A DNA stretch of 32,000 nt from Candidatus Kuenenia stuttgartensis (GTDB lineage: Bacteria; Planctomycetota; Brocadiia; Brocadiales; Brocadiaceae): assembly GCF_900232105.1 (NCBI RefSeq), contig NZ_LT934425.1:3360001-3392000 (forward strand). The letters run 5' to 3'. The position numbers and the translations under genes are program-made. A model generated the notes under the pieces. That model made no database searches, had not been told where the DNA came from, and saw nothing but the letters and a program-made list of their open reading frames with translations. Shown here one piece after another: positions 16,891 to 25,298 of this stretch; position 1 is the stretch's first letter, and each line of letters opens with the position of its first letter.

Positions 16891-17909
16891 TAAAGGATTA
16901 TCTTCACGGTACAATCATCCTGCACTTCGCCGTATAATTCCTTTTTTGTATCTAAATTCATAACCTTAATCGCCCGTCCTTTGTAACCGTCTTCTTTCGC
17001 AACTCCCTTTGTGAGAATACTAAGGTTGCCGATTTTTACAAGAATCTTGACGAGTTCGCCCTTTTTTATCACTGCGGGGTCATCTACCATGTTTTGCGTA
17101 AGGGGTTTGCCGGGAGGAATGGTATATAAGACACGTTTCCCCAAAAGAGGTTCTACACTGTCAATGGTAGTAAACCCTGGCATGCTTGTTGTTTCGATAC
17201 GTTTTATACAAATATCCTTAGTGGTTAAAATATCGTTTCTGTTGATTTTCCTGTTGGCGACTACGATTTCTTCATAGCGCCGTATAGTAAAATACATTGG
17301 TATTTTATGATATTGTTTCTCATCAAGATAAATCCGTACCACTACCTGAACCCTGCCGCTGCTTTTGTTTGCATTTACCTGTGAAACCTCTATGCGCATA
17401 ATTCCTCCGCCCAGTGGCAGCATTATATCGTTTGGAGGCCTTTCGGCTTCGACAACGATTTCTTCATTTCTCTCAGAGTATGCAAGCTTTGTGATGACAA
17501 ACTCTTTTGCGGTTTGTAAAATCTCGTCGCCGGTAATGGTGAATGATTCTACGGATATCATGGTAAAATCATTCCTGCCAAACGAGACTTTATTGGGGTT
17601 TATTCCTGCGTCCAGCATACGTGAAGCTATAATATTCTTTTCTATTTTTCTGACGTTGCCCGGCCACGGAGTGTTTCCGATAAATACGTTATGCGCTCTT
17701 TTTAAAAGGTCTGCGTCACTGCATGACAGGTCTGCAATATCGCCAAGGGTAACTTCCTTTTCGGGAAGTGATACGGATTCTTTCAACTCGACCGTAATCT
17801 GTTGTCCAAAGGATACAGAAACGATTGCAAACATTATGAATATTATGAATATCCCCCCCTTAGCCCCCCCCAGAGGGAGGGGAATTATCCCTCGTCTTTT
17901 GTCCCTCAT
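16890..17909 (-). CDS. flgA: flagellar P-ring assembly chaperone FlgA
   Basis: C-terminal SAF-like region VIKKGELVKILVKIGNLSILTKGVAKEDGYKGRAIKVMN. It sits in the flgA position between flgG and flgH. GAGGGG lies 6 nt upstream of ATG 17909. Confidence 0.85.
   Translation of the reverse strand: MRDKRRGIIPLPLGGAKGGIFIIFIMFAIVSVSFGQQITVELKESVSLPEKEVTLGDIADLSCSDADLLKRAHNVFIGNTPWPGNVRKIEKNIIASRMLDAGINPNKVSFGRNDFTMISVESFTITGDEILQTAKEFVITKLAYSERNEEIVVEAERPPNDIMLPLGGGIMRIEVSQVNANKSSGRVQVVVRIYLDEKQYHKIPMYFTIRRYEEIVVANRKINRNDILTTKDICIKRIETTSMPGFTTIDSVEPLLGKRVLYTIPPGKPLTQNMVDDPAVIKKGELVKILVKIGNLSILTKGVAKEDGYKGRAIKVMNLDTKKELYGEVQDDCTVKIIL
17852..17886. repeat. C-run/G-run short repeat, copy inside the flgA 5' coding region
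   Basis: tcccccccttagcccccccccagagggaggggaatt is nearly identical to the reverse complement of 24609..24641. Confidence 0.8.
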
Positions 17910-17926
17910 TTTTCGCCCCTCATTCT

Positions 17927-18715
17927 TTACCTGGCCATACTGTTAATGGTGGATAACATTTCATCGCTTGCTGATATTGCCCTGGAGTTAATTTCGTAAG
18001 CACGCTGTGCAGTGATAAGGCTTACGAGTTCCGTAACGGTTTCAACATTGGAGTTCTCAAGAAATCCCTGATAAATCTCTCCTGTTCCCTGTTCCCCCGC
18101 CACAGTTACAATTGGGGAACCCGACGCCATAGTTTCAAGATAGAGATTTTTGCCCAGACTGTCGAGTCCGGAAGGATTGGGGAACATTGTCAACATAATT
18201 TGCCCGACGTTTTGAAGCGTCCCGCTGGGGTCTGACCCTTTCACATAGACCGTGCCGTCGGTGCCAATGGAAATTTCCGTTGCGTTAGTGATCGTAATGG
18301 AGGGCGATAACGGCAATCCGTCTGCTGTCACGACTTCTCCTTTACTGTTTAATTGAAATGAACCGTCTCTTGTGTATGCAATGCTGCCGTCAGACTGCTG
18401 GATTTGGAAGAACCCTTTTCCCTGGATGGCGAGATCTAACTCTCTCTCAGTGTTTACGTGATTACCCTGGGAAAACACCTTGGAAATGGAAATTGTTCTC
18501 ACACCGCCGCCAAGCTGAATACCTGCCGGGATCTCGAAACCCTGCGCAGACTCAGAACCCGCTATATACCGTTTGCTGTAAAGGAGGTCCTGAAAGTTGA
18601 CCTGGCTCCTTTTAAACCCTGTGGTATTAATATTTGATAAGTTGTTTGAAACATTGTCCAGAAAAAGCTGTTGTGCCTTCATACCTGTTGCTGCTGTGTA
18701 GAGCGCTCGTAACAT
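17927..18715 (-). CDS. flgG: flagellar distal rod protein FlgG
   Basis: MLRALYTAATGMKAQQLFLDNVSNNLSNINTTGFKRS at the N-terminus. C-terminus is ELVSLITAQRAYEINSRAISASDEML. Confidence 0.95.
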   Translation of the reverse strand: MLRALYTAATGMKAQQLFLDNVSNNLSNINTTGFKRSQVNFQDLLYSKRYIAGSESAQGFEIPAGIQLGGGVRTISISKVFSQGNHVNTERELDLAIQGKGFFQIQQSDGSIAYTRDGSFQLNSKGEVVTADGLPLSPSITITNATEISIGTDGTVYVKGSDPSGTLQNVGQIMLTMFPNPSGLDSLGKNLYLETMASGSPIVTVAGEQGTGEIYQGFLENSNVETVTELVSLITAQRAYEINSRAISASDEMLSTINSMAR

Positions 18716-18735
18716 TTTATATTCTCCTTAGATTT

Positions 18736-19464
18736 TTATGAGACAAGTCCGATAAGTTTTTTCAAAGAATCGTTTATGGAGTCAGTTGATTTATTGCCGG
18801 ATTGAAAGCTTCTCATATTGGCAATCATATTTACCATTTCATCGATAACGTTTACATTTGATTTTTCCAGATAACCCTGTGCAATCTCAACCGTTCCATC
18901 TGCGGTGGTAGGGTTTGCTTTATCCGATGCGATATAAGCGCTTCCACCGATTGATTTAAGACCGTCAGGGTTCAAAAAATTAACGATATTGAGTTTGCTT
19001 ATCGTTTTGCCGTCGACGGAAACAGAGCCGTCTGTTTTAAAGGTAAATGATTGTGCTTTCGCCGGTATTTGAATAGGGCCCCCACTGCTCATCAACGGCC
19101 AACCTTCAGGGGTTACCACTGTCCTGTCGCGGGAAAGCATAAATTGTCCGCTTCTGGTATAAGCGATCCCTGCTTTGGTTTGAACTTCAAAAAAACCGTC
19201 GCCCTTTATTGCAAGGTCAAGTTCATTGCCGGTGAATTGCATCACCCCTGGTGAAAAATCGGTCGCCACTTTTCCTAAAGTACTGCCCGTCCCTTCTGAA
19301 GCCTCTTTTGTCTGGTTTTTTGCACCGGCAACGAAAGACTCAAATACGGCAATATTCTTTTTGTATCCGACGGTATTTACATTTGCCAGATTCCGGGCAA
19401 TAACGGCCTGGTATTCCCCCTGTCCCATCATATTCGTTGCTCCGGTGTATAAGCCGCTAATCAT
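18736..19464 (-). CDS. flgF: flagellar proximal rod protein FlgF
   Basis: MISGLYTGATNMMGQGEYQAVIARNLANVNTVGYKK. ATG at 19464 has GGAGGA 7 nt upstream. The tracked start at 19620 adds 52 Cys/Trp/His-rich residues that look non-coding. Confidence 0.85.
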   Translation of the reverse strand: MISGLYTGATNMMGQGEYQAVIARNLANVNTVGYKKNIAVFESFVAGAKNQTKEASEGTGSTLGKVATDFSPGVMQFTGNELDLAIKGDGFFEVQTKAGIAYTRSGQFMLSRDRTVVTPEGWPLMSSGGPIQIPAKAQSFTFKTDGSVSVDGKTISKLNIVNFLNPDGLKSIGGSAYIASDKANPTTADGTVEIAQGYLEKSNVNVIDEMVNMIANMRSFQSGNKSTDSINDSLKKLIGLVS

Positions 19465-19739
19465 TCTATCTATCCTCCATGGTTGCAAAAAAAAAGGATT
19501 AAAAAACTCTGTTGCTGCATTAAGGCAGCAATCCCAATACCAAATGCAGGAATAAATAAAATGATGCATGATATGTGCGCTTAAGGGGTGTATTTGCAAA
19601 TGGTTACAATATCGTTGCACCGGGTATGGAATAATACATTTTCAATATGCTGTGAAAGAAGGGGGCAATTATTTCCTGTCTGGGGTGAATAAATTTTCCT
19701 GGTGTGAGAGGGTATTGTTGAAAAAACTTACAGGGAAAA

Positions 19740-19774
19740 GGCTAATGGCTAATGGCTAATGGCTCATGGCTCAT
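19740..19774. repeat. heptamer tandem array (GGCTMAT x5)
   Basis: ggctaat ggctaat ggctaat ggctcat ggctcat, followed by degenerate atggtta/atggttt units to about 19793. Confidence 0.9.
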
Positions 19775-19918
19775 AATTTATGGTTAATGGTTTAGCACGG
19801 TTGGGATGGGAGTAACGGTAGTGGTTGAATGGTTATGCAGAGAGGCGGTGGAGGAGTACAGCTAAACCCAACATTAACCATTCGCGGTATTCAAAAAGCT
19901 AAAGTATTTCTATTCCGT

Positions 19919-20332
19919 TTATTTATGAGGTTTGTTTATGGAAATGATATTCAACTTTTCCACAATTTTAAAATGCTTTATATTGTTGGTGAGAAGGGTT
20001 AAATTATAACAAAGGCAAGTTGCAGCTATTAAAAGGTCGAAGTCACCTATTACTATTTTAAGTTTTCTCAGTTTTCCCCGCTCTTTTCCGAAGATTTTAC
20101 ATATTTCATCTTCAAGTCCCAGGATCAAGACTCCGGTTAGAAAATCGTCTAAAGCTTTTTTATCTCCTTTAGGATTCGTTGAATAATAAACACCTTCGTA
20201 TAATTCTGCTAAAGAGATAACGCTAATGGCCAGTCCTTCTTTTCTAAGAGCCACAAGCCGTTTAACTATCTCTTCTTGTCCATTGAGATAATGAATAATC
20301 CAGTCGGTATCGATAAGATATGAGGGTGTCAT
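19919..20332 (-). CDS. vapC: VapC PIN-domain toxin
   Basis: N-terminal YLIDTDWIIHYLNG gives the first PIN acidic residue. 137 aa. Shares a 4-nt overlap with the upstream antitoxin gene. Confidence 0.85.
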   Translation of the reverse strand: MTPSYLIDTDWIIHYLNGQEEIVKRLVALRKEGLAISVISLAELYEGVYYSTNPKGDKKALDDFLTGVLILGLEDEICKIFGKERGKLRKLKIVIGDFDLLIAATCLCYNLTLLTNNIKHFKIVEKLNIISINKPHK

Positions 20333-20565
20333 AATTTTGGTTCATTTCTGGTGGATACAAGGCGATCCGCATAAATATCCTTCATTAATTTTTCTGCATC
20401 AATGGTTCCTTTCCAACTTCCCGCGGATTTTTCAAAGGCATCTTCTTCTTTCCCAGAAGGAATTTCGATTATGGTTATAGTAATTTCCTTTCCTTCCGCA
20501 ATGTCTATTTTCTCCATAGGCTCAATTATTCCCCTGGAAAATCTGGCTTTAATTGTTTTTCCCAT
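20329..20565 (-). CDS. DUF104-type antitoxin partner of VapC
   Basis: 78 aa. ARFSRGIIEPMEKIDIAEGKEITITI resembles the AF2212/DUF104 antitoxin family. It is coupled to vapC. Confidence 0.65.
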   Translation of the reverse strand: MGKTIKARFSRGIIEPMEKIDIAEGKEITITIIEIPSGKEEDAFEKSAGSWKGTIDAEKLMKDIYADRLVSTRNEPKL

Positions 20566-21032
20566 CTTTAGTCCTCTTTTTAAATGTAAAATAATTGTTC
20601 TGGAATATTATATTTATTTCTCTATAGTATTTTTTGTGATTATCGCTTATCGCATCAATAATGATATAAGTAATTGGATTTGAAATCATCTTAATTTTTT
20701 AAAAGGGTTATTGAGTTATCCCTGCTTTCCCTAAGCTGGCATAGCCAGTCGGGTAGGGCATGGCATTGCCTGCCTTACATGGCTAAGCCCACTAAATTCA
20801 TGTATTGCGGCGAGGTTCGTCGCACTACAAATGACAATTTCCAGTATCGGCTCAATAAATAAGGGTAATACATTTACATTCCCCGTATAAACCTGATAGA
20901 TGCTTACCTTGACACGTGTTTTCTTCTATTTATTGAGCGGATATTGGGAAATGTTAATTTGGAGAACTCCTCTCTCTGTGGGCAAGTGAAAAAGAGAGAG
21001 GAGCTCCAAATTATTATCGAAAAGGCTGGAAA

Positions 21033-22631
21033 TTACCTCTTGAGGTTAACGGCTTCCGCGAGTACCTCGTCTGCGGTGCTGATAACACGTGAGTTAAGCT
21101 GGAAACCTCTTTGCGCCATGATGAGCGACGTTAGTTCCGACGTCATGTCCACATTGGACGCCTCTAAATATCCATTGTATATATCTCCGGCGCTTCCCGT
21201 ACCTCCGACTGTGTAAAGCGGTTCTCCGGAGGAGTCTGTTTGTTCATATAAATTGTCTCCAGACCTTCTTAGTCCCTGTACATTGCCAAAGGTGGCGAGT
21301 TGTAACTGGGCAATTTTGCTCGATGTTCCGTTTGAATATAATGCGGACAAAGTGCCGTCAGTATTCACCGAAAAACTGCTGAAACTACCCGATTCGGAAC
21401 CGTCCTGCTCTGATGCGGTAACCGAAGAACCTTTGCCGCTCTGGTAAATACCGTCAGTTTTTCCGAATGTTCCAAGTTTAAACTTCACAGTTTGTGAAGT
21501 GGTTATTCCATCAAATTTAAAGGTAAGGGTTGTATCCCCTGATGATTTAAGGCTACCGTCATCATTAAAAGTAATTGCGCTTATGGTATCGGTGGTAATT
21601 GTGCCGTCAGCGCTTGGCATACTTGCGCGCATATCCCATTCTCCATCATTTTTCTTAATAAAGGAAAGCGTTACGTTATGTCCTGTTCCCTGTGAGTCAT
21701 AAATGGTTGTGGAGGTCGTATAAGTTGAAGCCTTTAAACTGTAATTTGTCCATGTGCCGGTAGCAGTGCTGCTATCTGATATCGAAAGAGAGAGTTCATC
21801 TTCGCCAGCGGTGGTTGATGTTACAATAATTTTTCCACTGGAAGAAAGAGTGGCAAATGCAGATCCATCACCCGCCGTTCCGGTGGTATCACCAAAAGCA
21901 TTTGTATTTATATATGCCAGCAAATCGTCTACCGTGGTGCCGTCGTTTGCTGCACCATAAGTAAAATCTACAGAACCCGAAGTACCATCAGGTTCTGTGT
22001 AAGAGATAGTGATTATATCTGTTCCAGAGGTGTAATCTGTCGTATTGGTATCCAAGGCGTTTAATGTGGTTGCTCCGGTTGCAGCTACGCTGCTACTAGT
22101 AAGGGCGCTGGACAATATCAATACCTCACCCGAAGAACTAGACGGTGTTGATTCCAGGGTACCGGTCAGGGTCATCGTTGATGTTTTTGTCGCTGAAACT
22201 GACGAACCGTAAGGAATGGTAATGGTTTTACCGGATGAATCTAATATCTGATAACCGGTGGTTGAGTCAACGAGCTGGTTACTGGCGTCTGTGGCAAACG
22301 TCCCGACCCGGGAAAAGAAGTTTTTATTGCCGCCGTTCAATACAAAGAACCCATCACCCTGAATGGCAAAATCGAATTCATTGTTCGTTGCCTCAAGGGT
22401 TCCCTGGCTAAATAGGGAAGAAATGCTTCCGACCTTCACGCCCATGCCGATCTGCATAGGATTAACCCCGCCGCTCCCTTTATCCTGGCTGATCAGGTCG
22501 GAAAACAGCAACCGGGATGATTTATACCCGTAAGTATTAATATTGGACAGGTTATTTCCGATAACATCCAGCCAGCTCTGGTGCGAACGGATACCCGTTA
22601 CACCCGCGTATAATGCTCCTCCTAAGCCCAT
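21033..22631 (-). CDS. flgE: flagellar hook protein FlgE (long form with S/T-rich central insert)
   Basis: N-terminus ALYAGVTGIRSHQSWLDVIGNNLSNINTYGYKSSR. C-terminus ELTSLIMAQRGFQLNSRVISTADEVL. AAAGGAGG lies upstream of the ATG. Confidence 0.9.
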   Translation of the reverse strand: MGLGGALYAGVTGIRSHQSWLDVIGNNLSNINTYGYKSSRLLFSDLISQDKGSGGVNPMQIGMGVKVGSISSLFSQGTLEATNNEFDFAIQGDGFFVLNGGNKNFFSRVGTFATDASNQLVDSTTGYQILDSSGKTITIPYGSSVSATKTSTMTLTGTLESTPSSSSGEVLILSSALTSSSVAATGATTLNALDTNTTDYTSGTDIITISYTEPDGTSGSVDFTYGAANDGTTVDDLLAYINTNAFGDTTGTAGDGSAFATLSSSGKIIVTSTTAGEDELSLSISDSSTATGTWTNYSLKASTYTTSTTIYDSQGTGHNVTLSFIKKNDGEWDMRASMPSADGTITTDTISAITFNDDGSLKSSGDTTLTFKFDGITTSQTVKFKLGTFGKTDGIYQSGKGSSVTASEQDGSESGSFSSFSVNTDGTLSALYSNGTSSKIAQLQLATFGNVQGLRRSGDNLYEQTDSSGEPLYTVGGTGSAGDIYNGYLEASNVDMTSELTSLIMAQRGFQLNSRVISTADEVLAEAVNLKR

Positions 22632-22653
22632 TGTGTGCCTCCTTTCATTTTTA

Positions 22654-22701
22654 GATTTACGATTTACGATTTTTTTATCTGTGTAATCTATGCAATCTGT
22701 G
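22654..22701. repeat. tandem 7-mers (GATTTAC x2.5) followed by three 9-mers (WWATCTRTG)
   Basis: gatttac gatttac gattttt, then ttatctgtg taatctatg caatctgtg. This lies directly 5' of the flgE SD on the minus strand. Confidence 0.85.
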
Positions 22702-22776
22702 GTTTCTTTATATCTTCCATTTTGACTCCGCGCCTATGGATGATATCCCGTCGCCCGAATCAGTTTCGGTTTCTCC

Positions 22777-23190
22777 TTATACGGTGGCGGCGGTGCTTTC
22801 CACTTGTATAAAATTCGATATGGAAACGGATTCGCCGTCTATGACAAACGATACCGTGCCGTCTTCTTCCAGCTTTACCCCTTCCACCACTCCGCTATAT
22901 TCTCCTTCTCCATCGTCATCGCTGTAGGTAATGGTTTTGCCGATGAATCCGGAAGCGATCCCGATTTGATCCAGTTGCAGTGAAGCGGTATCAAGCGATG
23001 ACAGGTCAGCAAGGTATTCCGTTTGCTGCGATGTCTGCTCCAGCGTGGTGAATTGCGCCAACTGTGACAGAAATTCTGAATTGTCCTGTGGGTCTAAGGG
23101 GTCCTGATAGCGCATCTGCGTGGTAAAAAGCGTAAGAAAGCTATCCGTTGTGATTTCAGAGCCTAAACTTGTGGTACTAGTAGTACTCAT
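22777..23190 (-). CDS. flgD: flagellar hook capping/assembly protein FlgD
   Basis: FLTLFTTQMRYQDPLDPQDNSEFLSQLAQFTTLEQ is the FlgD N-domain signature. Confidence 0.9.
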   Translation of the reverse strand: MSTTSTTSLGSEITTDSFLTLFTTQMRYQDPLDPQDNSEFLSQLAQFTTLEQTSQQTEYLADLSSLDTASLQLDQIGIASGFIGKTITYSDDDGEGEYSGVVEGVKLEEDGTVSFVIDGESVSISNFIQVESTAATV

Positions 23191-23201
23191 AGGTAATCTC
23201 C

Positions 23202-25124
23202 TTAAAAAATGTAATCTATTGTTAAATTTGATGATGCTGCGATTTTATTTTTAATTGATAGCACTTTATGACTATTTTCATTTTCTCCTGTAAGGTTTTC
23301 TTCTTTATGGCTGCCGTCTCTGGCCCCGTCCCGGCGCGGTGAATCGCCTTCGGCAAAATATGCCTGGGATTGCCGTTCGTGGTTGTTTTTGCTTTCATTT
23401 TGTACATACACTTCTACCCTATGTATCTCAACGCCATTTGTGGCGATTGATTCCTTCAGGCGATGGATATTGTTTTGTATTGCCGCCTTTACCTCCGCAT
23501 TTTCCACATATATCTTTGCCCTGACCTCATCATTTTCCTCGGTGAGATGAAGTCTTACCGTGCCCAGCGCGGGTGGGGTTAGTTGTAGTTTGATTTCAGA
23601 CGTATTGCCGTTGCGTAACGTCTTGATATTTTCCAATAGTTGTTCCATTACGTTATTTTGCAGGGTATTTGTACCGGCAGGGGTATTGCCCTGGAACAAG
23701 GGGGACGCAACATTCTTTTGATTTTCAGCGGAAGACAATATCGTAGTTGCTGAACCAGTGAGGGGTTCTGATATATTTTGCCGGAAATCAAAGTTGTTTA
23801 ACTGGGAGTTATTTACCGGCGTCTTTTCCTGTTGATTATTGGGGGCAAAAGCAAACGTATCCTTCCCTTGTTGTGAAAGATTGCCGGATGAATTACCCTC
23901 CTCATTTCTCTGGAATGAGCCGGAACCGGAAGATGTGTTGAGAGGGGAAGCGGTCTGTTCTTTTGTACCGGCATCCTTAGTCTCATTCTTTCCCGCGGAA
24001 TTATTAGGGTCGTTTGTTATTTTATGTGCGAATCCATTGATTTCCCCTGTGGTATGCTGCAAAAATGTCTTCAGTGTTTCAGCGGTTTTTGACGCCCTGT
24101 TCATAGTTAATCCTGCAAACTCCTGCATGGAAATACCGGCGTCCATAGGGGTGTTAAACGAGAATGCACTATTCCTGCCTTCGTTTACCATTGTTTGCAG
24201 GAGGGATTTTAGCGCATTGTGTGCCTCTCTTGTTTTTGAATCCGTGAGAGAAATCTCTGATACGGTAATATTCCCCTCATAATTGTTGAACAATCCATTC
24301 AACTGCGAAACAACACCTTCGCCGGCAGCAGGCGGCATATTTGTTATCGAGGAATTCCCTGATGAGGCCATTCCCTTAGTATTGGCATTAAAAATGAATG
24401 ATTCTAAAAGGGTTGAACGTGTATCACCACCCGGGAGGTGTTTTTTTGTATTTCCTTCGTTATCCGCAAGTATATTTGGATGCAAAGAGATACTCTCTCC
24501 GGCAAAAGCAGGGAGATGCCTTTCTGCAAATACACCTGATTGCAAAGAAACGCCATCGTTCTTTGAGGGGTTTGTTTGAAAGAATGACGTTAAGGTGTTG
24601 AGCAACTTAATCCCCTCCCTTTGGGGGGGATAGGGGGGGGATTTCAGTGCGTTTAATAACTGTTTCAATGCGGCAAGTATTTCCCCTTTATCAGTATCAG
24701 AAAACAATGCCTTTTCTGCGGTAAGTGTATTAAAAAAATTATAAAGTTTTTCGGATTCCGCAGTGTTTGCATTTCCCTGAAGTACGTTGATTATTGTATT
24801 TGCCAGAGCATCTGGATTTAACATGTTTGCAAAAATCGTGTCGCCTTCCGGTTCTTCGCCTTCAGCGATTTTTTCAGTAATTGTTTTTGAAAGGGTTTCA
24901 AGGGCGTTTTTTGCACTTTTCCCCTCTGGCTTTTTTGCGGATGGGGAAGTGTGGTGTGTAAGAAATTCTTCAAACGGTTCTGCAAGGTCTTCTACTTCAT
25001 TATCGGCGAAACCAGTATTTGAACCATTAGCGCTGATGTTGGCATTGTTTGCGTCTTGCCGTGCTTCATTGAGCATTTTTGGTGAGGAATAGCTGCTGTT
25101 AAAAAGTTCGAGTATTGGAGACAT
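23202..25124 (-). CDS. fliK: flagellar hook-length control protein FliK
   Basis: Long low-complexity N-terminal and central region. C-terminal Flg_hook-like domain is LQLTPPALGTVRLHLTEENDEVRAKIYVENAEVKAAIQNNIHRLKESI. It sits upstream of flgD. Confidence 0.8.
   Translation of the reverse strand: MSPILELFNSSYSSPKMLNEARQDANNANISANGSNTGFADNEVEDLAEPFEEFLTHHTSPSAKKPEGKSAKNALETLSKTITEKIAEGEEPEGDTIFANMLNPDALANTIINVLQGNANTAESEKLYNFFNTLTAEKALFSDTDKGEILAALKQLLNALKSPPYPPQREGIKLLNTLTSFFQTNPSKNDGVSLQSGVFAERHLPAFAGESISLHPNILADNEGNTKKHLPGGDTRSTLLESFIFNANTKGMASSGNSSITNMPPAAGEGVVSQLNGLFNNYEGNITVSEISLTDSKTREAHNALKSLLQTMVNEGRNSAFSFNTPMDAGISMQEFAGLTMNRASKTAETLKTFLQHTTGEINGFAHKITNDPNNSAGKNETKDAGTKEQTASPLNTSSGSGSFQRNEEGNSSGNLSQQGKDTFAFAPNNQQEKTPVNNSQLNNFDFRQNISEPLTGSATTILSSAENQKNVASPLFQGNTPAGTNTLQNNVMEQLLENIKTLRNGNTSEIKLQLTPPALGTVRLHLTEENDEVRAKIYVENAEVKAAIQNNIHRLKESIATNGVEIHRVEVYVQNESKNNHERQSQAYFAEGDSPRRDGARDGSHKEENLTGENENSHKVLSIKNKIAASSNLTIDYIF
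24609..24641. repeat. C-run/G-run short repeat, copy inside the fliK coding region
   Basis: aatcccctccctttgggggggatagggggggga. Its reverse complement matches 17852..17886 apart from C-run lengths and about 4 substitutions. Confidence 0.8.
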
Positions 25125-25298
25125 GTTTTTTCCCCTTTTTGGTTAAAATGTGTATAGTGTTACAACCACGGAACACACGGAAAATTCTTTTTAATTAAAA
25201 TGGGTATGGTATTACCCGGTAAAAATCATTTTTCATTATAGTGGCAAGATACGCCTTGCCACTGCATGAACAGTTTGAAATTCCTGTATGTGAACATG

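Noticed and set aside
17365-17946. 193-aa plus-strand ORF
   Set aside because: It is antisense to flgA and to the flgG stop region. It is Ser/Ile/Phe-rich and looks like a shadow ORF.
19465-19620. 52-residue N-terminal extension of FlgF in the ORF track
   Set aside because: The rod-protein N-terminal consensus begins at the internal Met (19464), which has a GGAGGA SD. The extension is Cys/Trp/His-rich and covers a hairpin.
20841-20880. GCCGATA on the minus strand as a sigma-28 -10 element
   Set aside because: No TAAA -35 box lies at the required spacing of about 15 nt, and the nearest downstream minus-strand gene is the TA antitoxin.
25241-25266. TGGCAA...TTGCC as a second sigma-54 promoter
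   Set aside because: The GG-to-GC spacing is wrong on both strands. The sequence is simply an 8-bp hairpin (gtggcaag/cttgccac).
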